DNA from: Bradyrhizobium sp.
GTDB taxonomy: Bacteria; Pseudomonadota; Alphaproteobacteria; Rhizobiales; Xanthobacteraceae
Direction: 5' to 3'
DNA length: 64,000 bases
Assembly (NCBI GenBank): GCA_046349015.1
Contig: JAXMDE010000017.1
Coordinates: 9,363 to 73,362 of the forward strand
Shown: positions 8,010 to 18,744 of the stretch, one piece after another
How positions within the stretch are numbered: the first letter of the stretch is position 1
Layout of the letters: every line of letters begins with the position of its first letter
Notes under the pieces: model-generated
Databases searched by the model: none
Seen by the model: the letters and a program-made list of their open reading frames with translations, nothing else
Told to the model about the DNA's origin: nothing
Program-made: the position numbers and the translations under genes

Positions 8010-9254
8010 ATGGCGACAAGATCGCGCCAAACGCGCAAGGCACGGTTGCCCAAAAAGCGGCCTGCGAAAAAGCGCGCGGTCAAGCCGCCTGCGAAGGCGT
8101 CGCGCAAGCGCAGCAGGGCGGCGAACGAACCGGGGATGGTGGAGGCGGCGCTGGCCGCCTTTGCGCATGAAGTGCGAACGCCGCTCACCGGCATCCTTGC
8201 CATCAGCAACCTGCTCGCCACCTCCGAGCTCGGTGAGCGCGAGCGGCGCTGGGTCGACACCATCCAGGCCGGTGCCGAGCATCTGGCGAGCCTTGCCACG
8301 CTGTTTGTCGACGCCGCGCGCAGCCGCAGCGCCGGCGGCGGCCGGCAGGATCTGTTCGACCTGCGCGCGCTTGCCCGGCGCGCCGGCGACTCGCTGGCCG
8401 GTCGGGCCGCGGCCAAGGGCCTGCAGGCTTCGGTCGAGATATCGGACAAGCTGCCGGCGCTCGTGGTCGGCGATTCCGTGCGCCTGCGCGCCGCGCTGGA
8501 AAACCTGATCGACAATGCCGTCAAGTTCACCGAGCAGGGTTCGGTCGCGCTGACGGTCGAGCGGGTGCGCGGCGGCAGCGGCAGCGCCGGCATCGCGTTT
8601 GCGGTGTCCGACAGCGGCATCGGGCTTTCGCTCAAGGAGATCGAGCGGCTGTTCCGGCCGTTCTCGCAGGCCAATGTCTCCATCGCTTCGCGCTTCGGCG
8701 GCGCGGGCCTTGGACTGTCGTCGGTCAAGCAGCTCGCGCGCGCGATGGGCGGCGACGTCATGGTCGCTCCGCGCAAGGGCGGCGGCACGACCTTCACGCT
8801 GATGGTGACGCTGCCGCTGGCGAAGGCCGCGCCTGCCGGCGCTGCGGCCGATGAGGCGGCGCCGGGCGCCGCCAGGCCGCTTCGCCTGCTCAGCGTCGAG
8901 GATAATCCGTTCGGCCGCGTCGTGCTGAACGCGATGCTGACCGAGCTCGGTCACCAGGCCGAGTTTATCGGCCGCGGCGAGGCCGCCGCCGAGCGGCTGG
9001 CGCAAGGCGGCTTCGATGCGGTGCTGATGGACATGGTGTTGCCCGGCATCGACGGCGTCGAGGCGATCAGGCGGATCCGCGCCTTGCCGCCGCCGCTTCA
9101 GCACATTCCCGTCATCGGGATTTCCGGACGCGACCAGGACGAGGCGGCTGCGCGTGCGGCAGGCGCCGACGCCTTCCTGGTCAAGCCTGTGTCTCCGCGG
9201 GCTTTAGCGACTGCGCTGCTTGAAGCGACACGCCGTGCGGCAGCCGCGACTTGA
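8010..9254 (+). CDS. soluble hybrid histidine kinase (HisKA-HATPase-REC)
   Basis: HEVRTPLTGI H-box, NLIDNAVKFT, DSGIG, GAGLGL; REC domain VEDN...LMDMVLPGIDG...KP. Confidence 0.92.
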   Translation: MATRSRQTRKARLPKKRPAKKRAVKPPAKASRKRSRAANEPGMVEAALAAFAHEVRTPLTGILAISNLLATSELGERERRWVDTIQAGAEHLASLATLFVDAARSRSAGGGRQDLFDLRALARRAGDSLAGRAAAKGLQASVEISDKLPALVVGDSVRLRAALENLIDNAVKFTEQGSVALTVERVRGGSGSAGIAFAVSDSGIGLSLKEIERLFRPFSQANVSIASRFGGAGLGLSSVKQLARAMGGDVMVAPRKGGGTTFTLMVTLPLAKAAPAGAAADEAAPGAARPLRLLSVEDNPFGRVVLNAMLTELGHQAEFIGRGEAAAERLAQGGFDAVLMDMVLPGIDGVEAIRRIRALPPPLQHIPVIGISGRDQDEAAARAAGADAFLVKPVSPRALATALLEATRRAAAAT

Positions 9255-10074
9255 TGATCGCGGCGTTCAGCTCGCCGCCGTACACGAAGATTGCGGCGAT
9301 GAAATACAAGAACACCAGCGCGATGATGACGGAGGCCAGCCCCGCATACATGGTGACATAGTTGCTGGCGAAGCGCGTCAGATACTGGCCGAACACCACG
9401 CCCGAGATCAGCGAGGCCACCATGGTGAAGACGATGCCGGGCAGGATCTGCAGGAAGCCGCGCCGCCCCGCCGGCAGCCAGGCGTGCAGGATGAACAGCG
9501 CCACCACCAGCGCCGAGATGGTGATGCCGTAGCGGGCATAGAACAGGAGCCGCTCGTTGCTCTCGACGAAGAACGGGATGTATCGGCGCGCGGCTTCGAT
9601 GATCAGCGGGCCGAGCACGATCAGGAAGGCCATGGCGAGCGACGTGAAGGCCGCCACCAGCGTGTAGCCGATCGATTCCAGCCGCAGCCAGTACCAGCGC
9701 CGCGGCTCGATCACGGCATAGGCGCGGTTGAGCGCCACCCTCAGCGCCTCCACGCCGTTGGAGGCGAAGTAGATCGCCAGCGCGGCGCCGATGGTGAGGA
9801 TGTCGCCGCGCGTGGTCGTCAGAACGTTGTGGATTTCGCCCGAAATCGTGCTCGCCACCTGTTTCGGCCACACCTGCAGCAACAGTTCAGCGGCCTGGTC
9901 GGCGAGTTCCTTGGAGCCGAAAAAGCCGGCAAGAGAGGTCAGCACGATCAGGAACGGGAACAGTGCCATCAGCGTCGACAGCGCGATATGGCTGGCGATG
10001 GCCCAGCCGTCGTCGGCAAGGAAGGTGTAAAACGCATCCTCCACGACGTGGTAGACGTAGCGAACGGCCTTCAC
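9181..10074 (-). CDS. YihY/virulence factor BrkB family membrane protein
   Basis: ASHIALSTLMALFPFLI, LNRAY, YAGLASVII...GGELN; multiple TM helices. Probable GTG start. Confidence 0.88.
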   Translation of the reverse strand: MKAVRYVYHVVEDAFYTFLADDGWAIASHIALSTLMALFPFLIVLTSLAGFFGSKELADQAAELLLQVWPKQVASTISGEIHNVLTTTRGDILTIGAALAIYFASNGVEALRVALNRAYAVIEPRRWYWLRLESIGYTLVAAFTSLAMAFLIVLGPLIIEAARRYIPFFVESNERLLFYARYGITISALVVALFILHAWLPAGRRGFLQILPGIVFTMVASLISGVVFGQYLTRFASNYVTMYAGLASVIIALVFLYFIAAIFVYGGELNAAIIKSRLPHGVSLQAAQSLKPAETQA

Positions 10075-10197
10075 TGCAATTCCCGCCTGATTCAACCTGA
10101 ATGGGCACTACCATCTGATATTATTGAACTAAAAGCCAGATCGTTGCGAAGTTCCTCCCGTGTGGCGGACAGGGCGGTGCGGTGTTATGTAGCGCGG

Positions 10198-10392
10198 ATG
10201 ACCTCATTTCTCAGTTGGATTCTGCTTCCCATTGCGGTCGGCGCCGTCGCCTTGGTCCTGCTGCTCGGCCTCATCAACATGATGAGGGGCGGCTCGCCCA
10301 ACCGCTCGCAAAACCTGATGCGGCTGCGCGTGCTGCTGCAGTTCGTCGCCATCATCATCACCATGGTCACCGTCTGGGTGATGGGGCATTAG
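10198..10392 (+). CDS. twin-transmembrane-helix small protein (HIG1-like)
   Basis: MTSFLSWILLP...SQNLMRLRVLLQFVAI; typical position upstream of pduO-etf. Confidence 0.85.
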   Translation: MTSFLSWILLPIAVGAVALVLLLGLINMMRGGSPNRSQNLMRLRVLLQFVAIIITMVTVWVMGH

Positions 10393-10405
10393 CGGGAAAT
10401 CGTCG

Positions 10406-10978
10406 ATGGTCGTCCTCAACCGCATCTACACCCGCACCGGCGACGACGGCACCACCGCGCTCGGCAGCGGCGAGCGCCGGCCGAAATACGATCTTCGCAT
10501 CGAAGCTTACGGCACCGTCGACGAGACCAACGCCGCCATCGGCGTGGTGCGGCTGTATCTGGCGGATATGCGCGAACTCGATCGCATGCTCGGCCTGATC
10601 CAGAACGATCTGTTCGATCTCGGTGCCGACCTCGCGGTGCCCCAGCGCGAAGGCAAGGCCGAGCGCCTGCGCGTGCTGTCGAGCCAGGTCGAGCGGCTGG
10701 AGCGCGACATCGACGCGCTGAACGAAAAGCTGGAGCCCTTGACCTCGTTCATTTTGCCGGGGGGCACATCGGCAGCCGCATACCTGCATGTCGCCCGCAC
10801 CATTTGCCGTCGGGCGGAACGGGTCATGGTGGAACTCGCGGCAAAGCCGGACGAGCCCGTCAGCGATCCTGCCATACAATACATGAACCGGTTGTCCGAC
10901 TTCCTGTTTGTGGCAAGCCGCGCCGCCAATAATAATGGCGCAGGCGACGTGCTCTGGGTGCCCGGCCAGAATCGATAG
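10406..10978 (+). CDS. pduO: cob(I)yrinic acid a,c-diamide adenosyltransferase (PduO type)
   Basis: IYTRTGDDGTT, AYGTVDE, FILPGG, RTICRRAER and NRLSDFLF motifs. Confidence 0.93.
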   Translation: MVVLNRIYTRTGDDGTTALGSGERRPKYDLRIEAYGTVDETNAAIGVVRLYLADMRELDRMLGLIQNDLFDLGADLAVPQREGKAERLRVLSSQVERLERDIDALNEKLEPLTSFILPGGTSAAAYLHVARTICRRAERVMVELAAKPDEPVSDPAIQYMNRLSDFLFVASRAANNNGAGDVLWVPGQNR

Positions 10979-11129
10979 AGACGGCCTCGGGGCCCTCCAT
11001 GCGGCCTTTCCCGGGCTTGCTTTAGGGGCCAATTTCTGGCCTTTCGCGCGTTGACCGGGGGGGACCGGCGCTTTAGGTTCCGCGCCCGAGCAATGAATTT
11101 CCCTTTAGATTTGAGCGAAAGAAGGTTCG

Positions 11130-11879
11130 ATGAAGGTTCTTGTGCCGGTAAAGCGGGTCGTCGACTACAACGTCAAGGTCCGCGTCAAGAGTGACGGATC
11201 GGGCGTTGAACTCGCCAACGTCAAGATGTCGATGAATCCGTTCGACGAAATCGCCGTCGAGGAGGCGCTGCGCCTGAAGGAGGCCGGCAAGGCCACCGAA
11301 GTGGTGGTGGTCTCGATCGGGCCCGCGCAGGCATCGGAAACCATCCGCACGGGTCTCGCCATGGGCGCCGACCGCGGCATCCTGGTGAAGGCCGAAGGCA
11401 ATGTCGAGCCGCTGGCGGTCGCCAAGATTCTCAAGGCCGTGACGGATGCGGAGAAGCCGGGCCTTGTCATTCTCGGCAAGCAGGCGATCGACGACGACTC
11501 CAACCAGACCGGCCAGATGCTGGCCGCGCTGCTCGGCTGGTCGCAGGCGACCTTCGCCTCCAAGCTCGAGGTCGACGGCGCCGATTTCAAGGTCACCCGC
11601 GAAGTCGATGGCGGCCTGCAGACGGTCAAGCTCAAGGGGCCGGCGATCGTGACCACGGACCTGCGCCTCAACGAGCCGCGCTATGCCTCGCTGCCCAACA
11701 TCATGAAGGCGAAGAAGAAGCCGATCGACGACAAGGCCGCCGCCGACTACGGCGTCGACCTCACGCCGCATCTCGAAGTTCTCAAGACGACCGAACCGGC
11801 GGGCCGCAAGGCAGGCGTCAAGGTCAAGGACGTTGCCGAACTCGTCTCCAAGCTCAAGACCGAAGCCGGGGTTCTCTGA
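11130..11879 (+). CDS. etfB: electron transfer flavoprotein subunit beta
   Basis: [31 protein letters not shown] and NEPRYASLP motifs. Confidence 0.97.
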   Translation: MKVLVPVKRVVDYNVKVRVKSDGSGVELANVKMSMNPFDEIAVEEALRLKEAGKATEVVVVSIGPAQASETIRTGLAMGADRGILVKAEGNVEPLAVAKILKAVTDAEKPGLVILGKQAIDDDSNQTGQMLAALLGWSQATFASKLEVDGADFKVTREVDGGLQTVKLKGPAIVTTDLRLNEPRYASLPNIMKAKKKPIDDKAAADYGVDLTPHLEVLKTTEPAGRKAGVKVKDVAELVSKLKTEAGVL

Positions 11880-12826
11880 TGACGACGCTACTCATTGCCG
11901 AACACGAAGCAGGCCATCTCAAGGATGCGACCAACAAGGCGCTGACGGCTGCCAGCCAGCTCGGCGGCGACGTGCATGTGCTGGTTGCAGGCGGCGCCGG
12001 CGCCAAGGGCGCAGCGGAGGCCGCGGCCAAGCTCAATGGCGTGAAGAAGGTGCTGCTCGCCGAGGGCGAGCCTTACGCGCACGATCTCGCCGAACCGCTG
12101 GCCGCGCTGATCGTTTCGCTGGCGTCCGGCTACGACGCCTTTGTTGCGCCCGCCACGTCGCGCTTCAAGAACGTGATGCCGCGCGTTGCAGCGCTGCTCG
12201 ACGTCATGCAGGTCTCCGAGATCATCAAGGTGATCGCACCCGACACCTTCGAGCGGCCGATCTATGCCGGCAACGCCATCCAGACCGTGAAGTCGAAGGA
12301 CGCCAAGAAGGTCATCACCGTGCGCACCTCGACCTTCGCCGCAGCCGGCGAGGGCGGCAGCGCGCCGGTCGAGAATGCTTCGGCCGCAGCCGATCCGGGT
12401 CTTTCGTCGTTTGTCGGCGAGGAAGTCGCCAAGAGCGACCGCCCCGAGCTGACTTCGGCCAGGATCATCGTCTCCGGCGGCCGTGCCATGCAGAGCCGGG
12501 AGAATTTTGCCAAATACATCGAGCCGCTCGCCGACAAGCTTGGCGCCGGCGTCGGCGCCTCGCGCGCCGCCGTTGATGCAGGCTATGCGCCGAACGACTG
12601 GCAGGTCGGCCAGACCGGCAAGGTGGTGGCGCCGGAACTCTACATCGCCGTCGGTATTTCCGGCGCGATCCAGCATCTGGCCGGCATGAAGGACTCCAAG
12701 GTGATCGTGGCGATCAACAAGGACGAGGACGCGCCGATCTTTCAGGTCGCCGATTACGGACTGGTCGCCGATCTCTACCAGGCGGTTCCCGAATTGACCG
12801 GCGAACTCGCCAAGCTCGGAAAGTAA
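11879..12826 (+). CDS. etfA: electron transfer flavoprotein subunit alpha
   Basis: [24 protein letters not shown] and [11 protein letters not shown] motifs. Confidence 0.97.
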   Translation: MTTLLIAEHEAGHLKDATNKALTAASQLGGDVHVLVAGGAGAKGAAEAAAKLNGVKKVLLAEGEPYAHDLAEPLAALIVSLASGYDAFVAPATSRFKNVMPRVAALLDVMQVSEIIKVIAPDTFERPIYAGNAIQTVKSKDAKKVITVRTSTFAAAGEGGSAPVENASAAADPGLSSFVGEEVAKSDRPELTSARIIVSGGRAMQSRENFAKYIEPLADKLGAGVGASRAAVDAGYAPNDWQVGQTGKVVAPELYIAVGISGAIQHLAGMKDSKVIVAINKDEDAPIFQVADYGLVADLYQAVPELTGELAKLGK

Positions 12827-12835
12827 CGATGATTG

Positions 12836-12866
12836 CACCGGCCGGATGACGAACATCCGGCCGGTG
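12836..12866 (+). terminator. 13-bp stem hairpin after etfA (terminator or mRNA-stability element)
   Basis: caccggccggatg-acgaa-catccggccggtg followed by tctatttt. Confidence 0.55.
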
Positions 12867-12933
12867 TCTATTTTGGGGTATGGACAGGCGCGGCCGATGC
12901 CGGCGCCGTCCGGCAAGAGATCCGGTGGATGAG

Positions 12934-13815
12934 ATGACGGTGACAGTCAGGAAAGTCGGCGTGATCGGCTCGGGCCAGATGGGCAACGGCATTGCCCATG
13001 TCGCCGCGGTGGCCGGCTTCGACGTGGTGCTCAGCGACGTCTCCCCTGACCGCGTCAAATCCGCGCTCGCCACCATCAACGGCAACCTGCAGCGCCAGGT
13101 CGCCAAGGGCACGATCACCGAGGACGGGCGCAAGGCGGCGCTCGGGCGCATCACGCCCGCCGAATCCATGGACGGCTTTGCCGATTGCGACCTCGTCATC
13201 GAGACCGCGGTGGAGAAGGAGGAGGTCAAGCGCAAGATCTTTCACGATCTCTGTGCGACGCTGAAGCCGGAGGCGATCGTCGCCTCCGATACTTCCTCGA
13301 TCTCGATTACGCGGCTCGCCGCGGCGACCGACCGCCCCGAAAAATTCATCGGCATTCACTTCATGAATCCGGTGCCGTTGATGGAGCTGGTCGAGCTGAT
13401 CCGCGGCATTGCCACCAATGACGAGACGTTCGAGACCGCCAAGGCCTTTGTCGGCAAGCTCGGCAAGCAGGTCGCGGTGTCGGAGGATTTTCCGGCCTTC
13501 ATCGTCAACCGCGTGCTGCTGCCGATGATCAACGAGGCCATCTACACGCTCTACGAAGGCGTCGGCAACGTCGAGGCGATCGATGCCGCTATGAAGCTCG
13601 GCGCCCACCATCCGATGGGCCCGCTGGAGCTCGCCGATTTCATCGGCCTCGATACCTGCCTGCAGATCATGCAGGTGCTGCACGAGGGACTCGCCGACTC
13701 CAAGTATCGCCCGTGCCCGCTCCTGGTGAAATATGTCGAAGCCGGCTGGCTCGGCCGCAAGACGCAGCGCGGCTTCTACGACTACCGCGGCGACAGGCCG
13801 GTACCGACGCGCTGA
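12934..13815 (+). CDS. hbd: 3-hydroxybutyryl-CoA dehydrogenase
   Basis: GVIGSGQMGNGIA, SDTSSISI, GIHFMNPVP, HPMGPLELADFIGLD and GWLGRKT motifs. Confidence 0.95.
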   Translation: MTVTVRKVGVIGSGQMGNGIAHVAAVAGFDVVLSDVSPDRVKSALATINGNLQRQVAKGTITEDGRKAALGRITPAESMDGFADCDLVIETAVEKEEVKRKIFHDLCATLKPEAIVASDTSSISITRLAAATDRPEKFIGIHFMNPVPLMELVELIRGIATNDETFETAKAFVGKLGKQVAVSEDFPAFIVNRVLLPMINEAIYTLYEGVGNVEAIDAAMKLGAHHPMGPLELADFIGLDTCLQIMQVLHEGLADSKYRPCPLLVKYVEAGWLGRKTQRGFYDYRGDRPVPTR

Positions 13816-13838
13816 TATTCCGCCCGTCAGATCTTGAA

Positions 13839-13870
13839 GGTGGGCACGGCGCGATGCGCCTTTGCCACCC
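13839..13870. repeat. REP-like palindromic unit (degenerate)
   Basis: ggtgggcacggcgcgatgcgcctttgccaccc hairpin, resembling rhizobial GTAG-type REPs (recognition from memory). Confidence 0.5.
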
Positions 13871-13935
13871 CGGCTCCTTCGGACATCGTTAACCCTTGCC
13901 CGTCTATGGTTCCCGCAGGATCGGGAGTAGTGCGT

Positions 13936-14124
13936 ATGGAAATGATGGCCATGGTTTCGAGCCTGCTCGCCATGCAGGCTGGCAACACGCAAGGGCAGAT
14001 CGCCGCCACCCTGGTGAAGCAGAATGCCGATGCGGAGAAATTCGCGGTGGAAACCCTGCTCGGCCAGCCCTCGCAGGCCAACCTGGCGCCCGGCGTCGGT
14101 GGCACCCTCGACAAGCTCGCCTAA
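13936..14124 (+). CDS. small protein, YjfB-like 'putative motility protein'
   Basis: MEMMAMVSSLLAMQAG...[22 protein letters not shown]. Confidence 0.7.
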   Translation: MEMMAMVSSLLAMQAGNTQGQIAATLVKQNADAEKFAVETLLGQPSQANLAPGVGGTLDKLA

Positions 14125-14795
14125 AGCCCGGCCGCCACCGGCTTCATCGCCGCCTTGATCAGTTTCAGCGCGTCTTCGCTCGCCCATTCGGCGGGGCCGG
14201 CAATCGTGCCGATTTCGCAGCCCTGGGCATCGACCAGTACTGAGGTCGGCATTCCCAAGGCCCGGCCTACGCTTTTAAGATCCTGAAAAACCTTGGCTTT
14301 CTGGTCGGTGAAATAGCCGAGCCGGGTCAGCTTGGCCTCCTTCAGGAAGGCCTTGGGCTTTTCGGGGTCGCGCGTGTCGATATTGACCGCGACCACCTCG
14401 AAATCCTTGCCGCCGAGCTTGGCCTGCAGGTCGTCCAGCGCCGGCATCTCCTTGCGGCAGGGTACGCACCAGGTGGCCCAGAGGTTGAGCAGCACGGTCT
14501 TGCCGCGCCAGTCCGAGAGCTTTCTCGGTTTGCCCTCGGCATCCTCGAAAGCCAGATCCGGCAGCCGCAGCGGCGCCGAGGCCATGGTCACGGCTGCCAC
14601 CTCGCCCTGGGCGAGCGGGCCGATCTTCTTCGCGGTCTCGACCGCCGCCATGCAGGCGGCGTCGCCCGCGGGGCCGCGCTTCGTCGTCAAGGTGTAATAT
14701 CCGGCAATCCCGATCAGGCCGGCCGCCGCGATCAAGCCAAGCGCGACCGGAAGCCGGCGGCTGGGGGCGGGGAGAGGCGAGGGGTTTTCCGGCAT
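14121..14795 (-). CDS. tlpA: thiol:disulfide interchange protein TlpA
   Basis: N-terminal TM anchor, [15 protein letters not shown], plus an extra structural Cys pair. Divergent from argH. Confidence 0.92.
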   Translation of the reverse strand: MPENPSPLPAPSRRLPVALGLIAAAGLIGIAGYYTLTTKRGPAGDAACMAAVETAKKIGPLAQGEVAAVTMASAPLRLPDLAFEDAEGKPRKLSDWRGKTVLLNLWATWCVPCRKEMPALDDLQAKLGGKDFEVVAVNIDTRDPEKPKAFLKEAKLTRLGYFTDQKAKVFQDLKSVGRALGMPTSVLVDAQGCEIGTIAGPAEWASEDALKLIKAAMKPVAAGL

Positions 14796-14923
14796 ATCGT
14801 TTGTCTTCCCTGGGCAGATGTGGCTATGCAGGGCTGTTACGCGCCAAAGCCGCCCGGCGTTTCGCGTGTCCGGCAGGTTTTGGCAAGAACTATCGAAGTC
14901 ACGAATCAGCGACGAGCGAGGTC

Positions 14924-16315
14924 ATGAGCAACAAGATGTGGGGCGGCCGGTTCTCCGAGCGCCCCGACGCGATCATGGAGGAAATCAACGTCTCCATCGA
15001 CGTCGATCGCCACATGTATGCCCAGGACATCGCCGCCTCCAAGGCGCACGCCGCGATGCTGGCCGAGCAGGGCATCATCACGGCAGGCGACGCAAAGAAC
15101 ATCGCCAAGGGCCTCGATGCGATCCTGGCCGAGATCGGCAAGGGCGATTTCGACTTCAAGCGCGCGCTCGAGGACATCCATATGAATGTCGAGAGCCGGC
15201 TCTCCGAACTGATTGGCCCCGCCGCGGGCCGGCTGCACACCGCGCGCTCCCGCAACGACCAGGTCGCGACCGATTTCCGCCTCTATGTCCGTGACGTCAT
15301 CGATGAGACGGATGGCGCGCTCGCCGCTTTCCAGCATGCGCTGGTGAGCCGCGCGCTGGAGCATGCCGGCACCGTCATGCCCGGCTTCACCCATCTGCAG
15401 ACCGCGCAGCCCGTGACCTTCGGCCACCACCTGCTCGCCTATGTCGAGATGGCCGCGCGCGACCGCGGCCGGTTTGCCGATGCGCGCAAGCGCCTCAACG
15501 AATCGCCGCTCGGCGCCGCCGCGCTGGCCGGCACCTCGTTCCCGATCGATCGCGCGGCGACGGCCAGGGCGCTCGGCTTCGATCGGCCGATGGCCAACTC
15601 GCTGGATGCGGTATCGGATCGCGATTTCGTGCTGGAGACGCTGTCGGCCGCCGCGATCTGCGCCATGCATCTGTCGCGCTTTGCCGAGGAGATCGTGGTG
15701 TGGACCTCGCCGCTGGTCGGCCTTGTTCGCTTGAGCGACAAGTTCACCACCGGCTCCTCGATCATGCCGCAGAAGCGCAATCCGGACGCGGCGGAACTCG
15801 TGCGCGCCAAGACCGGCCGGGTGATCGGCGCGCTTAACGCACTGCTGATCGTGATGAAGGGCCTGCCGCTCGCCTACCAGAAGGACATGCAGGAGGACAA
15901 GCAGGGCGCGATGGAGGCCTTTGCCGCGCTGTCGCTGGCGGTCCGTGCCATGACCGGCATGGTGCTCGACCTCGTGCCCGACGAAGGCAAGATGAAGCTT
16001 GCCGCCGGCGACGGCTACGCCACCGCCACCGATCTCGCCGACTGGCTGGTGCGTACCCTGAAAATGCCGTTTCGCGAGGCGCACCACGTCACCGGCCGCA
16101 TCGTTGGCCTCGCCTCGAAGCAGGGCGTTGCCCTGCACGAATTGCCGCTGAAGACGATGCAGGAAGTCGAGCCCAGGATCACGGCCGACGCGCTGAAGGT
16201 GCTGTCGGTGGATTCCTCGGTGAAAAGCCGCACCTCGTTCGGCGGTACCGCGCCGAAGAACGTGACCGCCCAGGCCAGGGCATGGGCGAAGCGGTTGGAA
16301 AAAGAGCGAAAGTAG
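14924..16315 (+). CDS. argH: argininosuccinate lyase
   Basis: [25 protein letters not shown] and [12 protein letters not shown] motifs. Confidence 0.97.
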   Translation: MSNKMWGGRFSERPDAIMEEINVSIDVDRHMYAQDIAASKAHAAMLAEQGIITAGDAKNIAKGLDAILAEIGKGDFDFKRALEDIHMNVESRLSELIGPAAGRLHTARSRNDQVATDFRLYVRDVIDETDGALAAFQHALVSRALEHAGTVMPGFTHLQTAQPVTFGHHLLAYVEMAARDRGRFADARKRLNESPLGAAALAGTSFPIDRAATARALGFDRPMANSLDAVSDRDFVLETLSAAAICAMHLSRFAEEIVVWTSPLVGLVRLSDKFTTGSSIMPQKRNPDAAELVRAKTGRVIGALNALLIVMKGLPLAYQKDMQEDKQGAMEAFAALSLAVRAMTGMVLDLVPDEGKMKLAAGDGYATATDLADWLVRTLKMPFREAHHVTGRIVGLASKQGVALHELPLKTMQEVEPRITADALKVLSVDSSVKSRTSFGGTAPKNVTAQARAWAKRLEKERK

Positions 16316-16414
16316 GGCTCGTCATCCAAATTTCGCTGGGATTTCATGTTCATCCGGGTCTCGCCAGAGCAAGGCAATCTTTGTATGGTGCGGCCCGCAT
16401 TGGGGATTTCGATA

Positions 16415-16669
16415 GTGAAGAGCCAGCGGCGCCTGACCCCGTCGGGGTGGGCCATCATCGCATTGAGCGCAACCGCGCTCGCGCTCGGCGGCTGCGGCCG
16501 CAAGGCCGGCCTCGACCTGCCGCCGAACGCCATGAATGCCGCTTCCGACACCGTGCCGGAGCCCGAGGTCGAGCGCGGCAGCGCGCCGCCGACCGTCAGC
16601 GATCCCGGGCCCGTGGCGTCCAAAGGCCGCAAACGACCGTTTGTTCTCGACCCGCTCCTCGGCAATTAG
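16415..16669 (+). CDS. small lipoprotein (LppL/LptM-like)
   Basis: Lipobox LGGC followed by GRKAGLDLPP; typical position upstream of lysA. GTG start. Confidence 0.8.
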   Translation: MKSQRRLTPSGWAIIALSATALALGGCGRKAGLDLPPNAMNAASDTVPEPEVERGSAPPTVSDPGPVASKGRKRPFVLDPLLGN

Positions 16670-16770
16670 AGCGTTTTCAAGCGAAGTGGATACCGGTTCG
16701 CGTGAAGAAAACGCGTCAAAAAAAGAATCTGGAGCTCCGCTCCGATTCAATCGGAACGGAAACGGCTCTA
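16667..16770. repeat. RIME-like intergenic mosaic element
   Basis: TAGAGCGTTTTC...GAAAACGCG...TTCAATCGGAACGG...GCTCTA with TAGAGC/GCTCTA ends and two internal palindromes. Its first bases supply the lipoprotein stop codon. Confidence 0.75.
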
Positions 16771-16782
16771 GACTAGCTCGCC

Positions 16783-18048
16783 ATGAATCACTTTGATTAT
16801 CGCAACGGCGTGATGCACGCCGAGGCGGTCAGCCTTGCGGATATCGCTGCCGCGGTCGGCACGCCGTTCTATTGCTACTCCAGCGCCACGCTGGAGCGGC
16901 ACTACCGCGTCTTCACCGAAGCCTTTTCCGGCGAGAAGGTGCTGGTCTGCTACGCCATGAAGGCCAATTCCAACCAGTCGGTGCTGCGCACGCTCGCACG
17001 ACTCGGCGCCGGCGCCGATGTCGTCTCCGGCGGCGAGCTGAAACGCGCGCTGGCGGCCGGCATTCCCGCGAGCAAGATCCTTTTCTCCGGCGTCGGCAAG
17101 ACCGAGGACGAACTTCGCGCCGCGCTCGCTGCCGACATCCTCTGCCTCAACGTCGAGTCCGAGCCGGAGCTCGAACTGCTGTCCCGCGTTGCGGTGGAGA
17201 TGGGCAGGACCGCCCGCATCTCCGTGCGCGTCAATCCCGACGTCGACGCCGGCACGCATGCCAAGATCGCCACGGGAAAGTCCGAGAACAAGTTCGGCAT
17301 CCCCATCGCGCAGGCCCGCGCCGTCTACGCCCGCGCCGCAAAACTGCCGGGCCTGCAAATCACCGGCGTCGACATGCATATCGGCAGCCAGATCACCGAT
17401 CTCAGCCGGCTGGAGGTGGCGTATCGCATCCTCTCCGACTTCGTGCATGTGTTGCGCGCCGACGGCCACATCATCTCGCATATCGATTTCGGCGGCGGGC
17501 TCGGCATCCCCTATCACATGGACCGCGAGGCTCCGCCGACGCCAGATCTCTATGGCGCGATGGTCAAGCGCGTCACCCACAATCTCGGCTGCACGCTGAT
17601 GTTCGAGCCCGGACGCATGATCGTCGGCAACGCCGGCATCCTGGTTGCGCGCGTCATTTATGTGAAGCGCGGCGACGGCAAGAACTTCGTCATCATCGAC
17701 GCCGCGATGAACGACTTGATCCGCCCGACGCTGTACGAGGCGCATCACGACATCCTGCCGGTCAGCCAGCCCGCAGCGGGCACTGCGACGCTGACCGCCG
17801 ACGTCGTCGGCCCCGTCTGCGAGACGGGCGACTATCTTGCGCTGGATCGCACGCTGCCGGAGCTGAAGGCCGGCGATCTCGTCGCCATCATGACGTCGGG
17901 TGCCTACGGCGCCGTGCAGTCCGGCACCTACAACACGCGGCCGCTGGTGCCGGAAGTGCTGGTCAAAGACGATCGTTACGCCGTAGTCCGCCCGCGCATC
18001 GATGTCGACGCGCTGATCGCGATGGATCGAACGGCGCCATGGCTGTAG
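16783..18048 (+). CDS. lysA: diaminopimelate decarboxylase
   Basis: YAMKAN, DVVSGGEL, HIGSQ, DFGGGLG, EPGR, GPVCETGD and GAYG motifs. Confidence 0.97.
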   Translation: MNHFDYRNGVMHAEAVSLADIAAAVGTPFYCYSSATLERHYRVFTEAFSGEKVLVCYAMKANSNQSVLRTLARLGAGADVVSGGELKRALAAGIPASKILFSGVGKTEDELRAALAADILCLNVESEPELELLSRVAVEMGRTARISVRVNPDVDAGTHAKIATGKSENKFGIPIAQARAVYARAAKLPGLQITGVDMHIGSQITDLSRLEVAYRILSDFVHVLRADGHIISHIDFGGGLGIPYHMDREAPPTPDLYGAMVKRVTHNLGCTLMFEPGRMIVGNAGILVARVIYVKRGDGKNFVIIDAAMNDLIRPTLYEAHHDILPVSQPAAGTATLTADVVGPVCETGDYLALDRTLPELKAGDLVAIMTSGAYGAVQSGTYNTRPLVPEVLVKDDRYAVVRPRIDVDALIAMDRTAPWL

Positions 18049-18069
18049 GGCGTGGACGGAACGGCGCCT

Positions 18070-18573
18070 TTATCTTCCCGGTTGCGTCGGTTCGATCCGG
18101 ATGTGGAGGCGGCTCCACTGCGAGTAGATGTTGCCCTCCAGATCGAGCGTGACATCGACAGGCTTGCCGTCTTTCGTCGTGGCCTCGCCGCGCCAGATTC
18201 CGCGGCGGTCTTTTTGCAGCTTGGCTACGTCGCGATAGCCTTTGGACTCGATTTGCGCCTTGGCTTCGTCTTCCGCCAGATCGTCGGCGCCGCGCGCAGA
18301 ACGTGGAGCCTTCTCTTTGGAAAATTCGAACGGGGTTACCGCTGAATAGCCCGGATAAACCGTGCCGGTGTAACAAGGGCTGGTAGGATTGAGCCCACTA
18401 TAGGATCGGCAGGGACTGAGCGGCGCCGTCGCCCAGGCGGACTGCAGGGTGGGCATGGTCCGAAGGGCTGACGGACGCGTCGGCTGCGTCTGCGCGAATG
18501 CGGGCGCCGCGATCGAGGTCGCAACCACGACCGCTATCCGGGCCAAGATCAAAGGTCCAAATGCTTTATCCAT
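18070..18573 (-). CDS. secreted protein with a C-terminal PepSY-like domain
   Basis: Signal peptide (...APAFA-Q). C-terminus EDEAKAQIESKGYRDVAKLQKDRRGIWRGEATTKDGKPVDVTLDLEGNI. Confidence 0.75.
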   Translation of the reverse strand: MDKAFGPLILARIAVVVATSIAAPAFAQTQPTRPSALRTMPTLQSAWATAPLSPCRSYSGLNPTSPCYTGTVYPGYSAVTPFEFSKEKAPRSARGADDLAEDEAKAQIESKGYRDVAKLQKDRRGIWRGEATTKDGKPVDVTLDLEGNIYSQWSRLHIRIEPTQPGR

Positions 18574-18744
18574 TGCAGTCAGATAAGCCCGTCGCTCCCG
18601 GATTGCGAATCCCGGCGCCCCGCCCGGGCATTTTTGCGGCTCCGTGCGGCGTCTGGCCACAATGCGGGGCCGCCCAGCGGGGATGAATGCGGGCGGCCCC
18701 TGTCATCCATTAACCCAAAAACAAGGCAATGGCCGACAGGAACC

